Shown: one piece after another, positions 19,206 to 30,038 of the stretch
Layout: each line of letters opens with the position of its first letter
Position numbering within the stretch: the first letter of the stretch is position 1
Source of the DNA: Colwellia sp.
GTDB taxonomy: Bacteria; Pseudomonadota; Gammaproteobacteria; Enterobacterales; Alteromonadaceae
NCBI GenBank assembly: GCA_003521815.1
Contig: DPHE01000079.1
Coordinates: forward strand, 1 to 62,246
DNA length: 62,246 bases
Reading direction: 5' to 3'
Translations under genes and position numbers: made by a program
The notes under the pieces: generated by a model
Told to the model about the DNA's origin: nothing
The model's database searches: none
Seen by the model: the letters and a program-made list of their open reading frames with translations, nothing else

Positions 19206-19889
19206 TTAGTCTGCAAGACATTTAGTTAGCCAGGTACCAATATCATTAAGCTGCTCTGGCAAAACACTGTGAGCCATTGGGTAGGTTTTCCATTGAGTAT
19301 TATAGCCTTTATTTTTCATTAACTCGTTTGCCATTTTCCCTGCTGACATGGGAACAACATCATCAACTTTGCCATGGTGTTGAAGTACCAGCGTGTTTTT
19401 ATTAGCCGTACTGAGCTCTGTGGGTAATTGATCTTTTATCGGTAAATAACATGACAAGGCTATTATTCCTGCCAACGTTTGCTCATACCGCAAACCAGTA
19501 TACAAACTCATAACACCGCCTTGACTAAAACCAGCTAAAACAATGTTACTTGCGGGTATTCCATTATCAATTTGTTCTTGAATTAGCGCTTGCACCAAAG
19601 ACTCAGATTTCAGCACACCATCCATATCCGCTCGATTATGCAAATCATTATTTTTAATGTCGTACCAGGCTGGCATCACAAAACCATTATTAATAGAAAT
19701 GGCTTGTTCTGGCGCATGGGGGAAAACAAAACGTATCGCATGATTATGTGGTAAATTTAATAAGGGTACTACGGGTGCAAAGCCTGCTCCTGAATCACCT
19801 AAACCATGGAGCCAGATAACACAAGAAGTAGCCGTTTTTTTTGGCTCAATCGTAATACGATCCAGCAATGTTGTTAGTTTTTTCATCAT
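19206..19889 (-). CDS. phospholipase/carboxylesterase (alpha/beta hydrolase)
   Basis: IWLHGLGDSG, FPHAP, MPAWYDI, AGFSQGG, HG..DDVVP, M.HSV; start at MMKKL. Confidence 0.9.
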   Translation of the reverse strand: MMKKLTTLLDRITIEPKKTATSCVIWLHGLGDSGAGFAPVVPLLNLPHNHAIRFVFPHAPEQAISINNGFVMPAWYDIKNNDLHNRADMDGVLKSESLVQALIQEQIDNGIPASNIVLAGFSQGGVMSLYTGLRYEQTLAGIIALSCYLPIKDQLPTELSTANKNTLVLQHHGKVDDVVPMSAGKMANELMKNKGYNTQWKTYPMAHSVLPEQLNDIGTWLTKCLAD

Positions 19890-20102
19890 ATCTCTTTTAG
19901 TTGAATATTCTCTTGGACGGTATAATATACTGTATTTAGTTGAAAAGCAGGAAGTCTCTGAGATAGGTTTAGTGAGACAATGAGGTAATCGTCTCATCAC
20001 AACGTTGAATTAGGCTGATATATCAATCAATGACATATAATATTCTTACTAAAATGCCAACTAGCGAATAAAAATGAAGTCTCCACTTAAGGTTAATAAT
20101 AA

Positions 20103-20528
20103 ATGACTCGGTTAAAAGCAGCCGCGATGGTTTGCCATGGTTTGGCTATCTTTCCTATGTTTGTGGGTGGATTGGTTTACGCGATTCGCGATAGTTATTT
20201 ATCCTATCATGCCGTGGCAACAACCTATACATGGCAAGAATTAGCACCAGGGATACAGATATTGTTTCAAGCGATGTTAAACGGGGCAGGGAGTTTAATG
20301 CTTTTGACAGCACTAACTTTAATACTCTTGTTAGTTATACCTTTTAGAAAGAATGAACGCTGGTGTTTTTGGGCGATACCGTTAATTGGTATTAGCGCGA
20401 TGCTAACCACGGTACGTTCAGCGGTATTAGTTGATCTCAATACGCCCGCAAATCCACCGTGGATCTGGTTATTTATTGTGATTGCTCTATTTATTAGTGG
20501 TTTGTTTTTATCTTATCAAAAAGAGTGA
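20103..20528 (+). CDS. hypothetical 4-TM membrane protein
   Basis: 141-aa hydrophobic ORF with YH...W..L, IPFR....W, TPA.PPW. Confidence 0.65.
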   Translation: MTRLKAAAMVCHGLAIFPMFVGGLVYAIRDSYLSYHAVATTYTWQELAPGIQILFQAMLNGAGSLMLLTALTLILLLVIPFRKNERWCFWAIPLIGISAMLTTVRSAVLVDLNTPANPPWIWLFIVIALFISGLFLSYQKE

Positions 20529-20545
20529 ATAATTGACTTAAAGGG

Positions 20546-21607
20546 CTACCACTCAAGCCCCATCATTATGCAACTCAAACCACTACCAATACCTAGAAAG
20601 GCAACCTTATCATTTTTTTTCAAAAAACTTTGTTCCGTAGCCATAGCTGCGGTTACCGGTAATGATATAGTGCCCATATTACCAAGGGTTGGAAACGTGA
20701 TGAAATCCTGTTTTTCATTAAACTTTAATTGCTCAAGCACGTGTTTTCTATTAACCGAGCCTATTTGATGACAGATCAATTTATCAACATCGGATCTTTG
20801 CCAATCGGATTCAACTAAGAAGTCTTGCCAAGTTAAATTACCCAAATTCATGCCCTTTTTAAGAAGCAATGGAGCATCTGTGGTCATTACTTCTTTAAAT
20901 AGACCTGACGCAACTGGTTGCATGCCCCAATGACAAATTTCAAAATCGGCTGCGGATGTCCGGCTAGTCACCGTTAATAATTTATGCCCCTTGAGTTCAT
21001 GGTAGCCTTGGCGCGCAGTAAAAGAACCATCGGTGATTAAAATAGCTGTCGCACCAGAGCCTCCTGTAAGTGTTGCTAATGTATCAGCAAAAACAGACAT
21101 GGTTGGATTATCTAACAAATACCTGATACTACTTTCAACAATGGAATGCGCCGATTCACAAGAAACCACCAGGCCAGCTTTAATCTGCCCTAGCTCGATA
21201 CGATTAGCGATATCAATAATACCATTCATTGCACCAAGACAAGCGTTGCTGATATCATGAATAACCGTATGACTATTTGCCCCTAGTTGTGCCGCAACTC
21301 GACACGCAGTTGCTGGCTCATAACCTTCTCGGCAAACACCCGTGTAAATAATTGCACCAATATCCTTAATGTCAAAGTTGGTTTTATTGAGGCATTTTTT
21401 AGCCGCAGCAATAGCACCGTCAGAGTAGCGAAAACCTTCATTCCACCAACGACGTTGTTCTATTCCAGTGAACGCTTTAAGTTGACCTTTGGGGATGTGA
21501 AGGGCTTTGTATACAGGCTCAAGTCTACGCTCAATTTCTTCACTAGAAATAATCCGTGGAGCCAGTTGATAACTAATATCATCGATAAATACGCGTGCGT
21601 ATTGCAT
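20546..21607 (-). CDS. OleA-like 3-oxoacyl-ACP synthase III / thiolase-fold condensing enzyme
   Basis: GQL...TGI..RRWW, YTGVCR...EPATAC (Glu), DISNACLG (Cys), LATLTGGSGA, ICHQ (His), LGNMG (Asn), GIGSGL; recalled similarity to Shewanella OleA; start at MQYARV. Confidence 0.8.
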   Translation of the reverse strand: MQYARVFIDDISYQLAPRIISSEEIERRLEPVYKALHIPKGQLKAFTGIEQRRWWNEGFRYSDGAIAAAKKCLNKTNFDIKDIGAIIYTGVCREGYEPATACRVAAQLGANSHTVIHDISNACLGAMNGIIDIANRIELGQIKAGLVVSCESAHSIVESSIRYLLDNPTMSVFADTLATLTGGSGATAILITDGSFTARQGYHELKGHKLLTVTSRTSAADFEICHWGMQPVASGLFKEVMTTDAPLLLKKGMNLGNLTWQDFLVESDWQRSDVDKLICHQIGSVNRKHVLEQLKFNEKQDFITFPTLGNMGTISLPVTAAMATEQSFLKKNDKVAFLGIGSGLSCIMMGLEW

Positions 21608-21920
21608 GTCAGTTGAAAATCCATTAATAAATGATAAATATGAGGCAGGGATAACTACAACAGCATCCGAGTAAGGCATTTATTTGTAGGGTAAATAAAT
21701 GCTAAATGAACATTCTACCCTACAGATAAATGATTATACCTTAGTCTGATTCATCCTTCACCCGTTCAGGTTATTAATATTCAAGTAGTATCTTGGCTAT
21801 AAAGTTTTCAAGTTTAAGTGACTAGTGCAAAGGTGATAAATATATTTCGATAGACTAATTTTTTATAGATGATTTTTTGCAATATTCATTATATTAACTG
21901 ATAAATAGGTTATGTTCGTG

Positions 21921-22482
21921 TCAACTAATTGCGGTTGATGGTCTGAAAAAAATTGCTACTTTCCAAGTGGTTAATGAATATGGCACTTCGTTAATAGAAA
22001 CGGATTTTGACATGCTTCATGTTGTGCCGCCTAAATCCGCACCTGACTTCATTAAAGTTAATCTATTAGCTGATAGCAATGGGTGGATAGATGTTGATCA
22101 ATCAACTCTACAACATAAAGTATATGAGAATATTTTTGCGTTAGGTGATGAATGTAATATTCCCAATGCTAAAACTGCTGCCGCTGCTAGAATGCAAGCT
22201 CCAATTGTCGCAAGTAATTTACTTTATGCAAGGAATTCACAAAGTGAAAGAGCTATTTATAACGGTTATGGGAGTTGTCATTTAACCGTTGAAAGAGGCA
22301 AAGTTGTTCTAGCAGAATTTGGATATGGGGGTAAAATATTTAATAGTATGCCAAGCTCGATTATCAACGGTAACCGTCCGTCCCGATTAGTTTGGCTTTT
22401 AAAGGAGAGGATAATTCCGCCAATCTATTGGGAAGGTATGCTCAAAGGCAGAGAGTGGTTGGCAAAGCCAAAACTCAAGTGA
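21921..22482 (+). pseudogene. C-terminal fragment of sulfide:quinone oxidoreductase (type II SQR-like)
   Basis: FDMLHVVPP..AP, GW.DVD..TLQH..Y.NIFALGD, AKTAAAAR.QAP, Y.GYGSC.LTVERGK.VLAEFGY; N-terminal FAD-binding half absent. Confidence 0.8.
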
Positions 22483-22507
22483 TATAGCATATTTCTCGTT
22501 CACTATT

Positions 22508-22543
22508 AAATAAAAAAGACGCCCTAGGGCGTCTTTTTTATTT
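22508..22543. terminator. bidirectional terminator
   Basis: Perfect palindrome AAATAAAAAAGACGCCCTAGGGCGTCTTTTTTATTT between the sqr fragment and the tRNA 3' end. Confidence 0.9.
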
Positions 22544-22547
22544 AATG

Positions 22548-22624
22548 TGGTCGGAGTAATAGGATTCGAACCTATGACCTCGCGCCCCCCAGGCGCACGC
22601 GCTACCAAGCTGCGCTATACCCCG
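22548..22624 (-). tRNA. proL: tRNA-Pro(GGG)
   Basis: CGGGGTA/TACTCCG acceptor, GCGC D-stem, TGCGC-CTGGGGG-GCGCG anticodon arm, ATAGG-TTCGAAT-CCTAT T arm, ACCA end; downstream of yejM as in enterobacteria. Confidence 0.97.
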
Positions 22625-22800
22625 ATAACAAAACATAGTATAAACTTCATCAGTACTCTAGGGAAGTTACTCACTCTACTTAACTTACGTTTTTCGATGT
22701 CTATATTAATGATTTATTTACCGAATGCAACGACAATTAGTCGTTCAATCAGTTAATTGTTATTAATTATCAATAATCGAATGATTAATACGCAAGTTGT

Positions 22801-24516
22801 TTATTTTCGCTCTGTTTGCAAGCTAAATTGTTTAATAAAGTGTACGCCGTCAATCATCAACGGAAAATCTTTATTTACGGTGATCGGGGCAGCTAATTGA
22901 CTTGAGTAGCTTTCAAAGCTCCCATTTTGGTCAATGAATACAGATTTATATTTATTAAAAATCATCAGACCTTCAGCAGACGTATTCGCTATTACTCTAT
23001 CTTTATTCAACGTTAATAGATTTGTGCCATTACTATAACTTTTATTGTCAACATCACAGCCAAGCCAATTAGTTATTAGGGTGGGTTGTAAGTCCATATG
23101 GCTAGTTAATTGGCTTATCGCTTTAGCATCGGTATTAGTTTCATTTGGTATAATCAACAATGCTGGCTTAAGTGCTAATCGAGTATTTATATTTTGATTC
23201 CCTAACGAGCTTATCCAAATAATATCTTTATGTTTTTTTTGTTGTTGGGCTAATAATATTGCATCAACAAATAGTTCAAACTGATAGCGACTATTATTGT
23301 TGTGTTCACTTTCTTGTGGTGTACTTTTAAAATAAATCAAATGTAAACCAGGTTTTTTACTATTTAATTTGTCAGCGAAAATAAGAGAAGAAATATCATT
23401 AAGTTGAATTTTTTCAATAAATAAATCGTTAAACCACAAAGTATTGCTATTGCCCTCAGCATTTTTTTTACTGATTAATGTATAACTGCTAGCTAAATTT
23501 TGCTGTTCAATCACTTGAAATAATAAGGGTTTAGTTTGCTGCGCTATGATATCTTTTTGGTAAATGCTTGGTAATGAATAGAAGAGATTAAACCAACTAT
23601 TATCTAATAATGCCGTATCTACATGGTTGTTCAGCTGATAATTTGCCACGCTGATACGACGTTCAACCTGCTGTAATTGACGCCTATTTAACTGTTCGTC
23701 AGTAAGTATTAAAAATACCGATTGTGTTGTTGCGGTTGTTTTTGAACATTGCGATTCACTTAGTTGAGGATAATTAGGGATAGCACGACTAAAAGAGAGC
23801 GGGCTCGTTGTTCGCTCAATATAATTATCAATATCAAACAAACCATACTTGGTTAGCAGTGTTTTTGCTGTTGCGGGATATGATAACGGCAATACAGTGT
23901 CTTGGCGTAATACGTCATAATCAAGATTTGCATCGGCCCAAATATGAGTTAAGTGACTAAAGAAAAAAGCTAATACTAAGACGACAATGACAAAACGGGA
24001 AAAAATTGTTTTTTGTAGTTGTTTCAAATGTTTCCAAGCATAATTACTTAGCGTAAATTCGAATCCTAAAATAACAATCGCTAACGCGCCACTCACAAGA
24101 TAAAAAAAACTATTAGTTTGTACTATTTCTTTTATCAATTCGATAATTTGTGAGCTAGAAGAAGCATTTAAGTGATATCCTAAACGGCTATAAATAAAAC
24201 CATCAAGGATTAGTAGTAGCAGACCAAACGTAAAAATAATGGATCCACTCGTACGAATTACCTTGGTATTTGGCCACACTAGTGTGAGTGGAAATAAAAT
24301 CAAGATAAAACTCATAAAGGTTAAAAAAGCAATATGACTAACCCACGTTGTAATGAGGTATATTTGTCCTAATAAGGTATCGGGTGCTGTTTCGCTAAAT
24401 AAATAATAAGAGGATAGGATGATAGCGGCAATAATATTAAAAAAAGTGAACCAATGGCTCCAGCTAATTAAATGTAACAGTTTTTTGCTATAGCTTTTTG
24501 TATCAAAAGAGACCAT
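22801..24516 (-). CDS. yejM: YejM/PbgA (DUF3413) inner-membrane protein
   Basis: SWSHWF.FFN, H..FL.F, D...Y.....HLN, H..HIWADA, PLSYP.TA..LL.KYG; yejK-yejL-yejM-proL synteny. Confidence 0.88.
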   Translation of the reverse strand: MVSFDTKSYSKKLLHLISWSHWFTFFNIIAAIILSSYYLFSETAPDTLLGQIYLITTWVSHIAFLTFMSFILILFPLTLVWPNTKVIRTSGSIIFTFGLLLLILDGFIYSRLGYHLNASSSSQIIELIKEIVQTNSFFYLVSGALAIVILGFEFTLSNYAWKHLKQLQKTIFSRFVIVVLVLAFFFSHLTHIWADANLDYDVLRQDTVLPLSYPATAKTLLTKYGLFDIDNYIERTTSPLSFSRAIPNYPQLSESQCSKTTATTQSVFLILTDEQLNRRQLQQVERRISVANYQLNNHVDTALLDNSWFNLFYSLPSIYQKDIIAQQTKPLLFQVIEQQNLASSYTLISKKNAEGNSNTLWFNDLFIEKIQLNDISSLIFADKLNSKKPGLHLIYFKSTPQESEHNNNSRYQFELFVDAILLAQQQKKHKDIIWISSLGNQNINTRLALKPALLIIPNETNTDAKAISQLTSHMDLQPTLITNWLGCDVDNKSYSNGTNLLTLNKDRVIANTSAEGLMIFNKYKSVFIDQNGSFESYSSQLAAPITVNKDFPLMIDGVHFIKQFSLQTERK

Positions 24517-24557
24517 TGATGATTATTCTTCTCTGTTTTTATCTTTAATTGTAAGTA

Positions 24558-24776
24558 CTAATGAGTTTTTTGGATAGATTGTTTTAATGCGCGGCTAAAA
24601 TTGTCTACAATAGTACTTTGCTGATCAGCAGGGATTTTGCTAATAACGTTGGTGATAGTATTGCCTAAACACATTAAGGCTAAATCAGTGGTTGCTGATT
24701 CGTTAACAAGAACATCCATCAATTCTTGAATAATTTTTTCTACACGTTCGTTGGAGTATTTCGATACAATGGGCAT
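24558..24776 (-). CDS. yejL: YejL (DUF1414) protein
   Basis: MP..SKYS.E.VE.I..EL..VL......DL.LM.LGN..TN. Confidence 0.9.
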   Translation of the reverse strand: MPIVSKYSNERVEKIIQELMDVLVNESATTDLALMCLGNTITNVISKIPADQQSTIVDNFSRALKQSIQKTH

Positions 24777-24876
24777 AATGACACTTAATTGCTGATGATA
24801 AATTTAATTGCGTTAGTTTATCAAATGCCTGAACAATATACTAATAAAGTCACTTCAGTATTAATATGAGTATTAC

Positions 24877-26016
24877 ATGAGTTTAATCATTTCAAATATT
24901 GCGTTACATTTTCTTTCTAAAAAAGAAGAATCAGGAGAAGTATCACTCCGCTTAGGTCCTGAAAACTTAAAACCTGAACAAGGTGGGACGAGTACTAAAA
25001 TAACGGCATTTGTTGATGGTTTACATGCTATCTATAATAGCAAGGCTAGTAAGGCTTATGGCAGTTTCACTACCATGCCAATGGCAGGTAATCTTGCCGA
25101 CAGCACTGAAAATAGTAGTAACAACAGTGGAATAAAAACTGCTCGCTTTGTTGATTTGATGGAAAGCTATTTTAATAATAAGCAAAGCTTTTTTAACTTT
25201 AGCATTCAAGCAGCAAACAGTTTAAAAAATGAAATTGAAAAATATGATTTAGACGAAACCGGTTATCTTATTGTTTGTCATTACGAATATATGGGCGGAC
25301 GATTTTTACTTGTGGCCGTTATTCCGGTGTCTGAGCATTATAGTGTTGATGGTGAACTTAATATTTCTGCCGATCAGCATTTAGATATCAATAAATTACA
25401 ATTAGCGGCACGCATTGATTTATTTGATTATCAACAAAATGCCAGTGGTAACCGTTATATTTCTTTTATTAAAGGCCGTGCGGGACGTAAAGTCTCTGAC
25501 TTTTTTCTAGACTTTTTAGGCTGTGAAGAAGGTTTAAACTCAAAAGAGCAAACACAAACCTTAGTTCGCGCAGTTGAAGATTATGTTGCTGTAAACCAAT
25601 TAGATGCCGGTGAAAAACAACAAACACGTAAAGAATTGTTAAGTTACTGTAAAGAACAAAAATCCAGTTCACAGGATGTTTCAATACAAGAAATCGGCAA
25701 AGTTATAGGTCATACAACAACAGATTCTACTGGTCAGAGCCAAGATTTTTATCAGTTTTGCCAACAACAATCATACCCGATTGAAGAGTCATTTCCCCAT
25801 GATCAGACTGTGGTTAATAAAATCACTAAATATTCGGGTTATGGTAATGGTATAAGCTTAAGTTTTGAGCGCAGCCATTTTGGTCAAGATGTGGTTTATA
25901 ATCCGCATAATGACTCTATTATTATTTATAAAGTACCACCCAACTTGAAAGAGCAATTACAAATATTGCTTGCTAATGCCAGTGATATAAATGGCGAGTC
26001 AGAACCACTTGAATAA
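24877..26016 (+). CDS. yejK: nucleoid-associated protein YejK
   Basis: HLDI..LQLAARIDL, RYISFIKGRAGRKVSDFFLDFLGC.EG, VPPNLK.QL. Confidence 0.95.
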   Translation: MSLIISNIALHFLSKKEESGEVSLRLGPENLKPEQGGTSTKITAFVDGLHAIYNSKASKAYGSFTTMPMAGNLADSTENSSNNSGIKTARFVDLMESYFNNKQSFFNFSIQAANSLKNEIEKYDLDETGYLIVCHYEYMGGRFLLVAVIPVSEHYSVDGELNISADQHLDINKLQLAARIDLFDYQQNASGNRYISFIKGRAGRKVSDFFLDFLGCEEGLNSKEQTQTLVRAVEDYVAVNQLDAGEKQQTRKELLSYCKEQKSSSQDVSIQEIGKVIGHTTTDSTGQSQDFYQFCQQQSYPIEESFPHDQTVVNKITKYSGYGNGISLSFERSHFGQDVVYNPHNDSIIIYKVPPNLKEQLQILLANASDINGESEPLE

Positions 26017-26140
26017 CACGTTAAAGGATTTTTTTATGGTTACGTGTTACGCAACGAATTTAATTTTAAATAAAATATCAAAGACTTATCTTATTTAGTT
26101 AAGTTAGTCTGAAAATACAACAATATTGGAAATAACTATA

Positions 26141-27184
26141 ATGACATCTCAAATCAGTACTATTACTATTGCTCGCCCTGATGATTGGCACGTACATTTA
26201 CGCGATGGTGAGGTATTAAAAAATACAGTGGCTGATACTAGTCGCTATTTTGGCCGCGCTATTGTTATGCCAAATTTAGTACCACCAGTAACGAATGCCG
26301 AGCTGGCAAAAAGCTACTATGATCGCATTATGGCGGCTTCACCAAATAAGCATTTTAAACCCTTAATGGTGCTTTATTTAACAGACAATACCCGTGCTCA
26401 GGATATTATTGAGGCGAAAGAGTCAGGCATTGTTTATGCGGCAAAATTATATCCTGCTGGCGCAACAACTAACTCTTCTTCTGGTGTTACCGATGTTGCT
26501 AAGTTAAAGGCCGTATTTGCGGCAATGCAAAGCGTTGGTATGCCGTTACTGATTCATGGTGAAGTTACCACGGATGACATTGATATTTTCGATCGTGAGC
26601 AAGTGTTCATTGATACTATATTGGCCCCGTTAGTTGCTAGCTATCCTGATCTTAACGTAGTGTTAGAGCATATCACCACCAAAAATGCAGTAGATTTTGT
26701 GCAAAGTGCGGGTAAAAACGTCGCAGCAACTATTACCGCACATCATTTACTATATAACCGTAACGATATGTTAGTTGGCGGCATTCGTCCTCACTACTTC
26801 TGCCTACCTATTTTAAAGCGCAATATTCATCAACAAGCGCTTATTGAGGCTGCAACTAGTGGTAATAACAAATTTTTCTTAGGTACTGATTCTGCGCCTC
26901 ATGCACAGCATGCTAAAGAATCAGCTTGTGGCTGTGCCGGTTGTTACACAGCTCATGCGGCAATAGAGCTATACACTGAAGTATTTGAACAAGAAGATGC
27001 GTTAGATAAGTTAGAAGCTTTTGCTAGTTTAAATGGCCCAGTTTTTTATCAGTTACCTGTTAATGAAGACACAATCACACTAGTTAAAAAATCATGGCAA
27101 GTACCTGCAACATTAAACTTTGGCAATGATGTTGTGGTACCTGTTCGTGGTGATGACAGTATTGCTTGGCAAGTTGAAGATTAA
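26141..27184 (+). CDS. pyrC: dihydroorotase
   Basis: [53 protein letters not shown]. Confidence 0.97.
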   Translation: MTSQISTITIARPDDWHVHLRDGEVLKNTVADTSRYFGRAIVMPNLVPPVTNAELAKSYYDRIMAASPNKHFKPLMVLYLTDNTRAQDIIEAKESGIVYAAKLYPAGATTNSSSGVTDVAKLKAVFAAMQSVGMPLLIHGEVTTDDIDIFDREQVFIDTILAPLVASYPDLNVVLEHITTKNAVDFVQSAGKNVAATITAHHLLYNRNDMLVGGIRPHYFCLPILKRNIHQQALIEAATSGNNKFFLGTDSAPHAQHAKESACGCAGCYTAHAAIELYTEVFEQEDALDKLEAFASLNGPVFYQLPVNEDTITLVKKSWQVPATLNFGNDVVVPVRGDDSIAWQVED

Positions 27185-27208
27185 GTAAAGTGAGTTTAAA
27201 GGATAAAA

Positions 27209-28090
27209 ATGCAATTATTTGTAAATGATTTAACCGTGATTGATTTCTCTTACCTTTGTAAAGAGCGCGGTATTGTGGGTGAAAGCTGGATCGTTGATGT
27301 GTTACTTGATGGCTCGTTAAATGAGCAATCGATGGTGCTTGATTTTGCCATTGTTAAAAAACAGATCAAGGCTATTATTGATGACGCTGTTGATCATAAG
27401 TTACTTTTACCAATGCAGGCTGATGAATTGACTTTAGCTGATTCACCTCATCACTCAAATCATAAAACCCTTGATTACCATAGCGATCGTGCTAATTATT
27501 ATATGCAATCACCTTATTGTGCTTTTGCTCAAATTGATTGTTTAGTTATAAACGTTGCCACCGTCACTGAGCACTTGAATGCCATCATTATGGCCCAGCT
27601 ACCTGCAAATGTGAAAGGGTTAACCTTGATTTTGCGTCCTGAAAACATCACCACTGACTATTATCATTACACCCATGGTTTAAAACTTCATGATGGTAAT
27701 TGTCAGCGAATTGCCCATGGACATAGATCTAAAATTCAAATTTGTGTGGATGATGAAAGAGACGCTACATTAGAAGCGGCTTGGTGTGAGCGCTGGAAAG
27801 ATATCTATATTGCTAGTGAAGCCGATAGAATTTCTGCCAACGACATTCAGTTGTCTGCACTAGCAAAGAACAATTTAACACCCGATCACCAATATTTTAG
27901 TTACACCGCACCACAAGGTCGATTCGATATTGCGGTTGACTGTAAAGTGCTTGATGTCGTTGATTGTGACTCAACAGTAGAGTTACTCGCCGATTTTATT
28001 GCCAGACAACTTAAAAAAGAACTAGCAAGCAAAACGGTTAAAGTTATCGCCTATGAAGGTGTTGCTAAAGGGGCGATTGTCAGTGTTTAA
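27209..28090 (+). CDS. 6-carboxytetrahydropterin synthase-like (QueD family, long form)
   Basis: MVLDF..VK..IK...D...DHKLL, HGLK.HDGNCQRIAHGHRS, STVE.LA..I, AYEG. Confidence 0.75.
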   Translation: MQLFVNDLTVIDFSYLCKERGIVGESWIVDVLLDGSLNEQSMVLDFAIVKKQIKAIIDDAVDHKLLLPMQADELTLADSPHHSNHKTLDYHSDRANYYMQSPYCAFAQIDCLVINVATVTEHLNAIIMAQLPANVKGLTLILRPENITTDYYHYTHGLKLHDGNCQRIAHGHRSKIQICVDDERDATLEAAWCERWKDIYIASEADRISANDIQLSALAKNNLTPDHQYFSYTAPQGRFDIAVDCKVLDVVDCDSTVELLADFIARQLKKELASKTVKVIAYEGVAKGAIVSV

Positions 28091-28913
28091 ACTGAAAAAA
28101 CGTTATACTTTGGTCATTGTTAGTTTAGGTACTTTACCTGTTCTAAGTGCTCAAGCCGAAATTAAGCTGTCAGGTGAAATAAAGCAGGGTGGTTTAGTTA
28201 TCGGCAAAACAGATGCTAACAATAGGGTAAGATTAAATAAGACAGCACTAACGGTATCTAAGCAAGGTGATTATGTGTTTGCGTTTTCTCGTGATGATAA
28301 AACGCAATACACCTTAACGGTTACCTCGACAACAGGAAAAATAGAAACACAAACGTTTACCCCTTCAACACGTGATTATAAAATATCTCGTGTTGAAGGT
28401 ATTAGTAAAAAAATCATGAACCCCAATAAAAAAGCCAATGTTCGTGCAGGTGAAGATCGCGCTGCAATAGTTAAGGTGCGCAAAATATCCAGTAACTTAA
28501 CGGCTTTTAGCCAGGGATTTATTGCACCAAGAAGCTCTAGCATAACGGGCGTTTACGGTAGTCAGCGTTTTTATAATGGCGTGCCTAAAAACCCACATTT
28601 TGGTGTTGATTATGCGGGACAAATTGGTGCCCCCGTAAAAGCACCTGCCAGTGGCACTGTTTTATTATGGGTGCCCGATATGTTTTATTCTGGAGGTACC
28701 CTGGTGATTGATCACGGTCATGGCATCACCTCCAACTTTTTACACTTAAGCGCTTCAATGGTAAAAGTGGGTGATAAAGTAAAGCAAGGACAAGTCATTG
28801 CTAAAGTAGGTAATTCAGGGCGAGTCACTGGCCCTCATTTAGACTGGCGTATGAATTGGCATCAGGTTAGGTTTGATCCGCAACTAGCAATGAAAGTAAG
28901 TCCTATAAAATAG
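28083..28913 (+). CDS. M23-family metallopeptidase
   Basis: Signal peptide; PHFGVD (HxxxD), IDHGHG, TGPHLDW (HxH variant); GTG start overlapping upstream stop. Confidence 0.88.
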   Translation: MFKLKKRYTLVIVSLGTLPVLSAQAEIKLSGEIKQGGLVIGKTDANNRVRLNKTALTVSKQGDYVFAFSRDDKTQYTLTVTSTTGKIETQTFTPSTRDYKISRVEGISKKIMNPNKKANVRAGEDRAAIVKVRKISSNLTAFSQGFIAPRSSSITGVYGSQRFYNGVPKNPHFGVDYAGQIGAPVKAPASGTVLLWVPDMFYSGGTLVIDHGHGITSNFLHLSASMVKVGDKVKQGQVIAKVGNSGRVTGPHLDWRMNWHQVRFDPQLAMKVSPIK

Positions 28914-28922
28914 TGTAGCTCA

Positions 28923-29831
28923 TTAAAAAGGCAGTGCTTTTGCTGCTTTTGTCTTGGCTTTTTCATCACGTCTATCATAATTTTTTGTTGTTTCAACTGA
29001 CGAATGGCCCATTAAATCCTGCACTAAGAATACATCTTCACCATTTTCTAGTAACTTAGTCGCAAAGGTTCTACGTAAATCATGTGGCGTTAATCTCTGT
29101 AAACCGGCTTCTTTATAACGGCGAATAACAATATCATAAATTGTTTGCCCTGAAATTGGCTCGTTGATCAAACGATTACCTTTTCTCGCTCGTAAAAATA
29201 AAGGCCCAGGCATTAATCCGCGTTCATCTAGCCAGGTGTCAATGATTTCTAAATTTCGATCATGCAGGGCATTTATTCGTTCTTTATTACCTTTACCCAT
29301 TACTTTTATTGAGCCATCTCTAACGTTCAAATCACATAACATAAGGCCTGCAGCTTCATGACGGCGTAAACCTGCACCGTATACTAAGGCAATGACAGCA
29401 GCATCACGCATAGCGATCACACCATCTTGAGCCATACAATAATCAATCAGAGCATTGAGTTCGTCAAGATCTAACGCGCGACCTTTAATACTACGAGTCC
29501 CTTTAAAGCGTTTTATCTCTTTAATATGTTGATAGTTTTCAACAGACAATAATTTTTTACGCCAAGCTTCTTTAGCAACGCCTTTAAGTGCTGAAAGGTA
29601 CACATTGATAGTGGCCGGTGATTTCCCTTCATTAGATAAATCAGAAAGTAACATGAGAATTTTTTCATAATGTAATTGTGACCAGTCATAATCTTGATGC
29701 CGTTTATTTTTAGCAAACCTAAAAGCAATAATATTAAGAAGAGACTTTATCGTGACGCGACTTTGTTTAGACTGCAGGGAAAGCAAATAAATATCAGAGG
29801 CAGTATGTATACTAAAAAGTTTATGAGTCAT
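28923..29831 (-). CDS. tyrosine recombinase (site-specific integrase family)
   Basis: Catalytic set GLRR.E (R), GKGNKER (K), PHDLRRTFAT (HxxR), MGH, TKNYD (Y); AGGA RBS favours ATG 29831. Confidence 0.92.
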   Translation of the reverse strand: MTHKLFSIHTASDIYLLSLQSKQSRVTIKSLLNIIAFRFAKNKRHQDYDWSQLHYEKILMLLSDLSNEGKSPATINVYLSALKGVAKEAWRKKLLSVENYQHIKEIKRFKGTRSIKGRALDLDELNALIDYCMAQDGVIAMRDAAVIALVYGAGLRRHEAAGLMLCDLNVRDGSIKVMGKGNKERINALHDRNLEIIDTWLDERGLMPGPLFLRARKGNRLINEPISGQTIYDIVIRRYKEAGLQRLTPHDLRRTFATKLLENGEDVFLVQDLMGHSSVETTKNYDRRDEKAKTKAAKALPF

Positions 29832-30001
29832 AAACATTCCTAAAGTTAATGTTAACTAACAATGGTTGGCTAGAGAAAAATTATAGAGCTACGCTAAGTA
29901 AAAAGTAAATGTCATTACCTATCATTACCGGCTCTTGAACAACCGATATAAATTAAACTTATTATACTTAACACTTCATAAATTAAGTAAACCGCACTAT
30001 A

Positions 30002-30017
30002 CTGTATATAATTACAG
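30002..30017. promoter_or_regulatory. LexA (SOS) box
   Basis: CTGTATATAATTACAG = CTG-N10-CAG, 21 bp before umuD ATG. Confidence 0.9.
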
Positions 30018-30038
30018 TTTATTATAGTGCGGTTTTAT

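Noticed and set aside
19206..19889. Carboxylesterase as the missing BioH of the bio operon
   Set aside because: Motifs (HGLGD, AWYDI, GFSQGG) fit the acyl-protein thioesterase/carboxylesterase type, and bioH is usually unlinked.
18500..22545. Duplicated tRNA-Pro 3' end (att site) bounding an island
   Set aside because: No second TGGTCGGAG found by eye and no integrase next to the tRNA.
22399..22756. Two 69-aa ORFs
   Set aside because: They overlap tRNA-Pro and its terminator; spurious.
29941..29968. AACCGATATAA-ATTAAAC-TTATTATACT as a core site for the first recombinase
   Set aside because: Symmetry is too weak in AT-rich DNA and no partner site was found.
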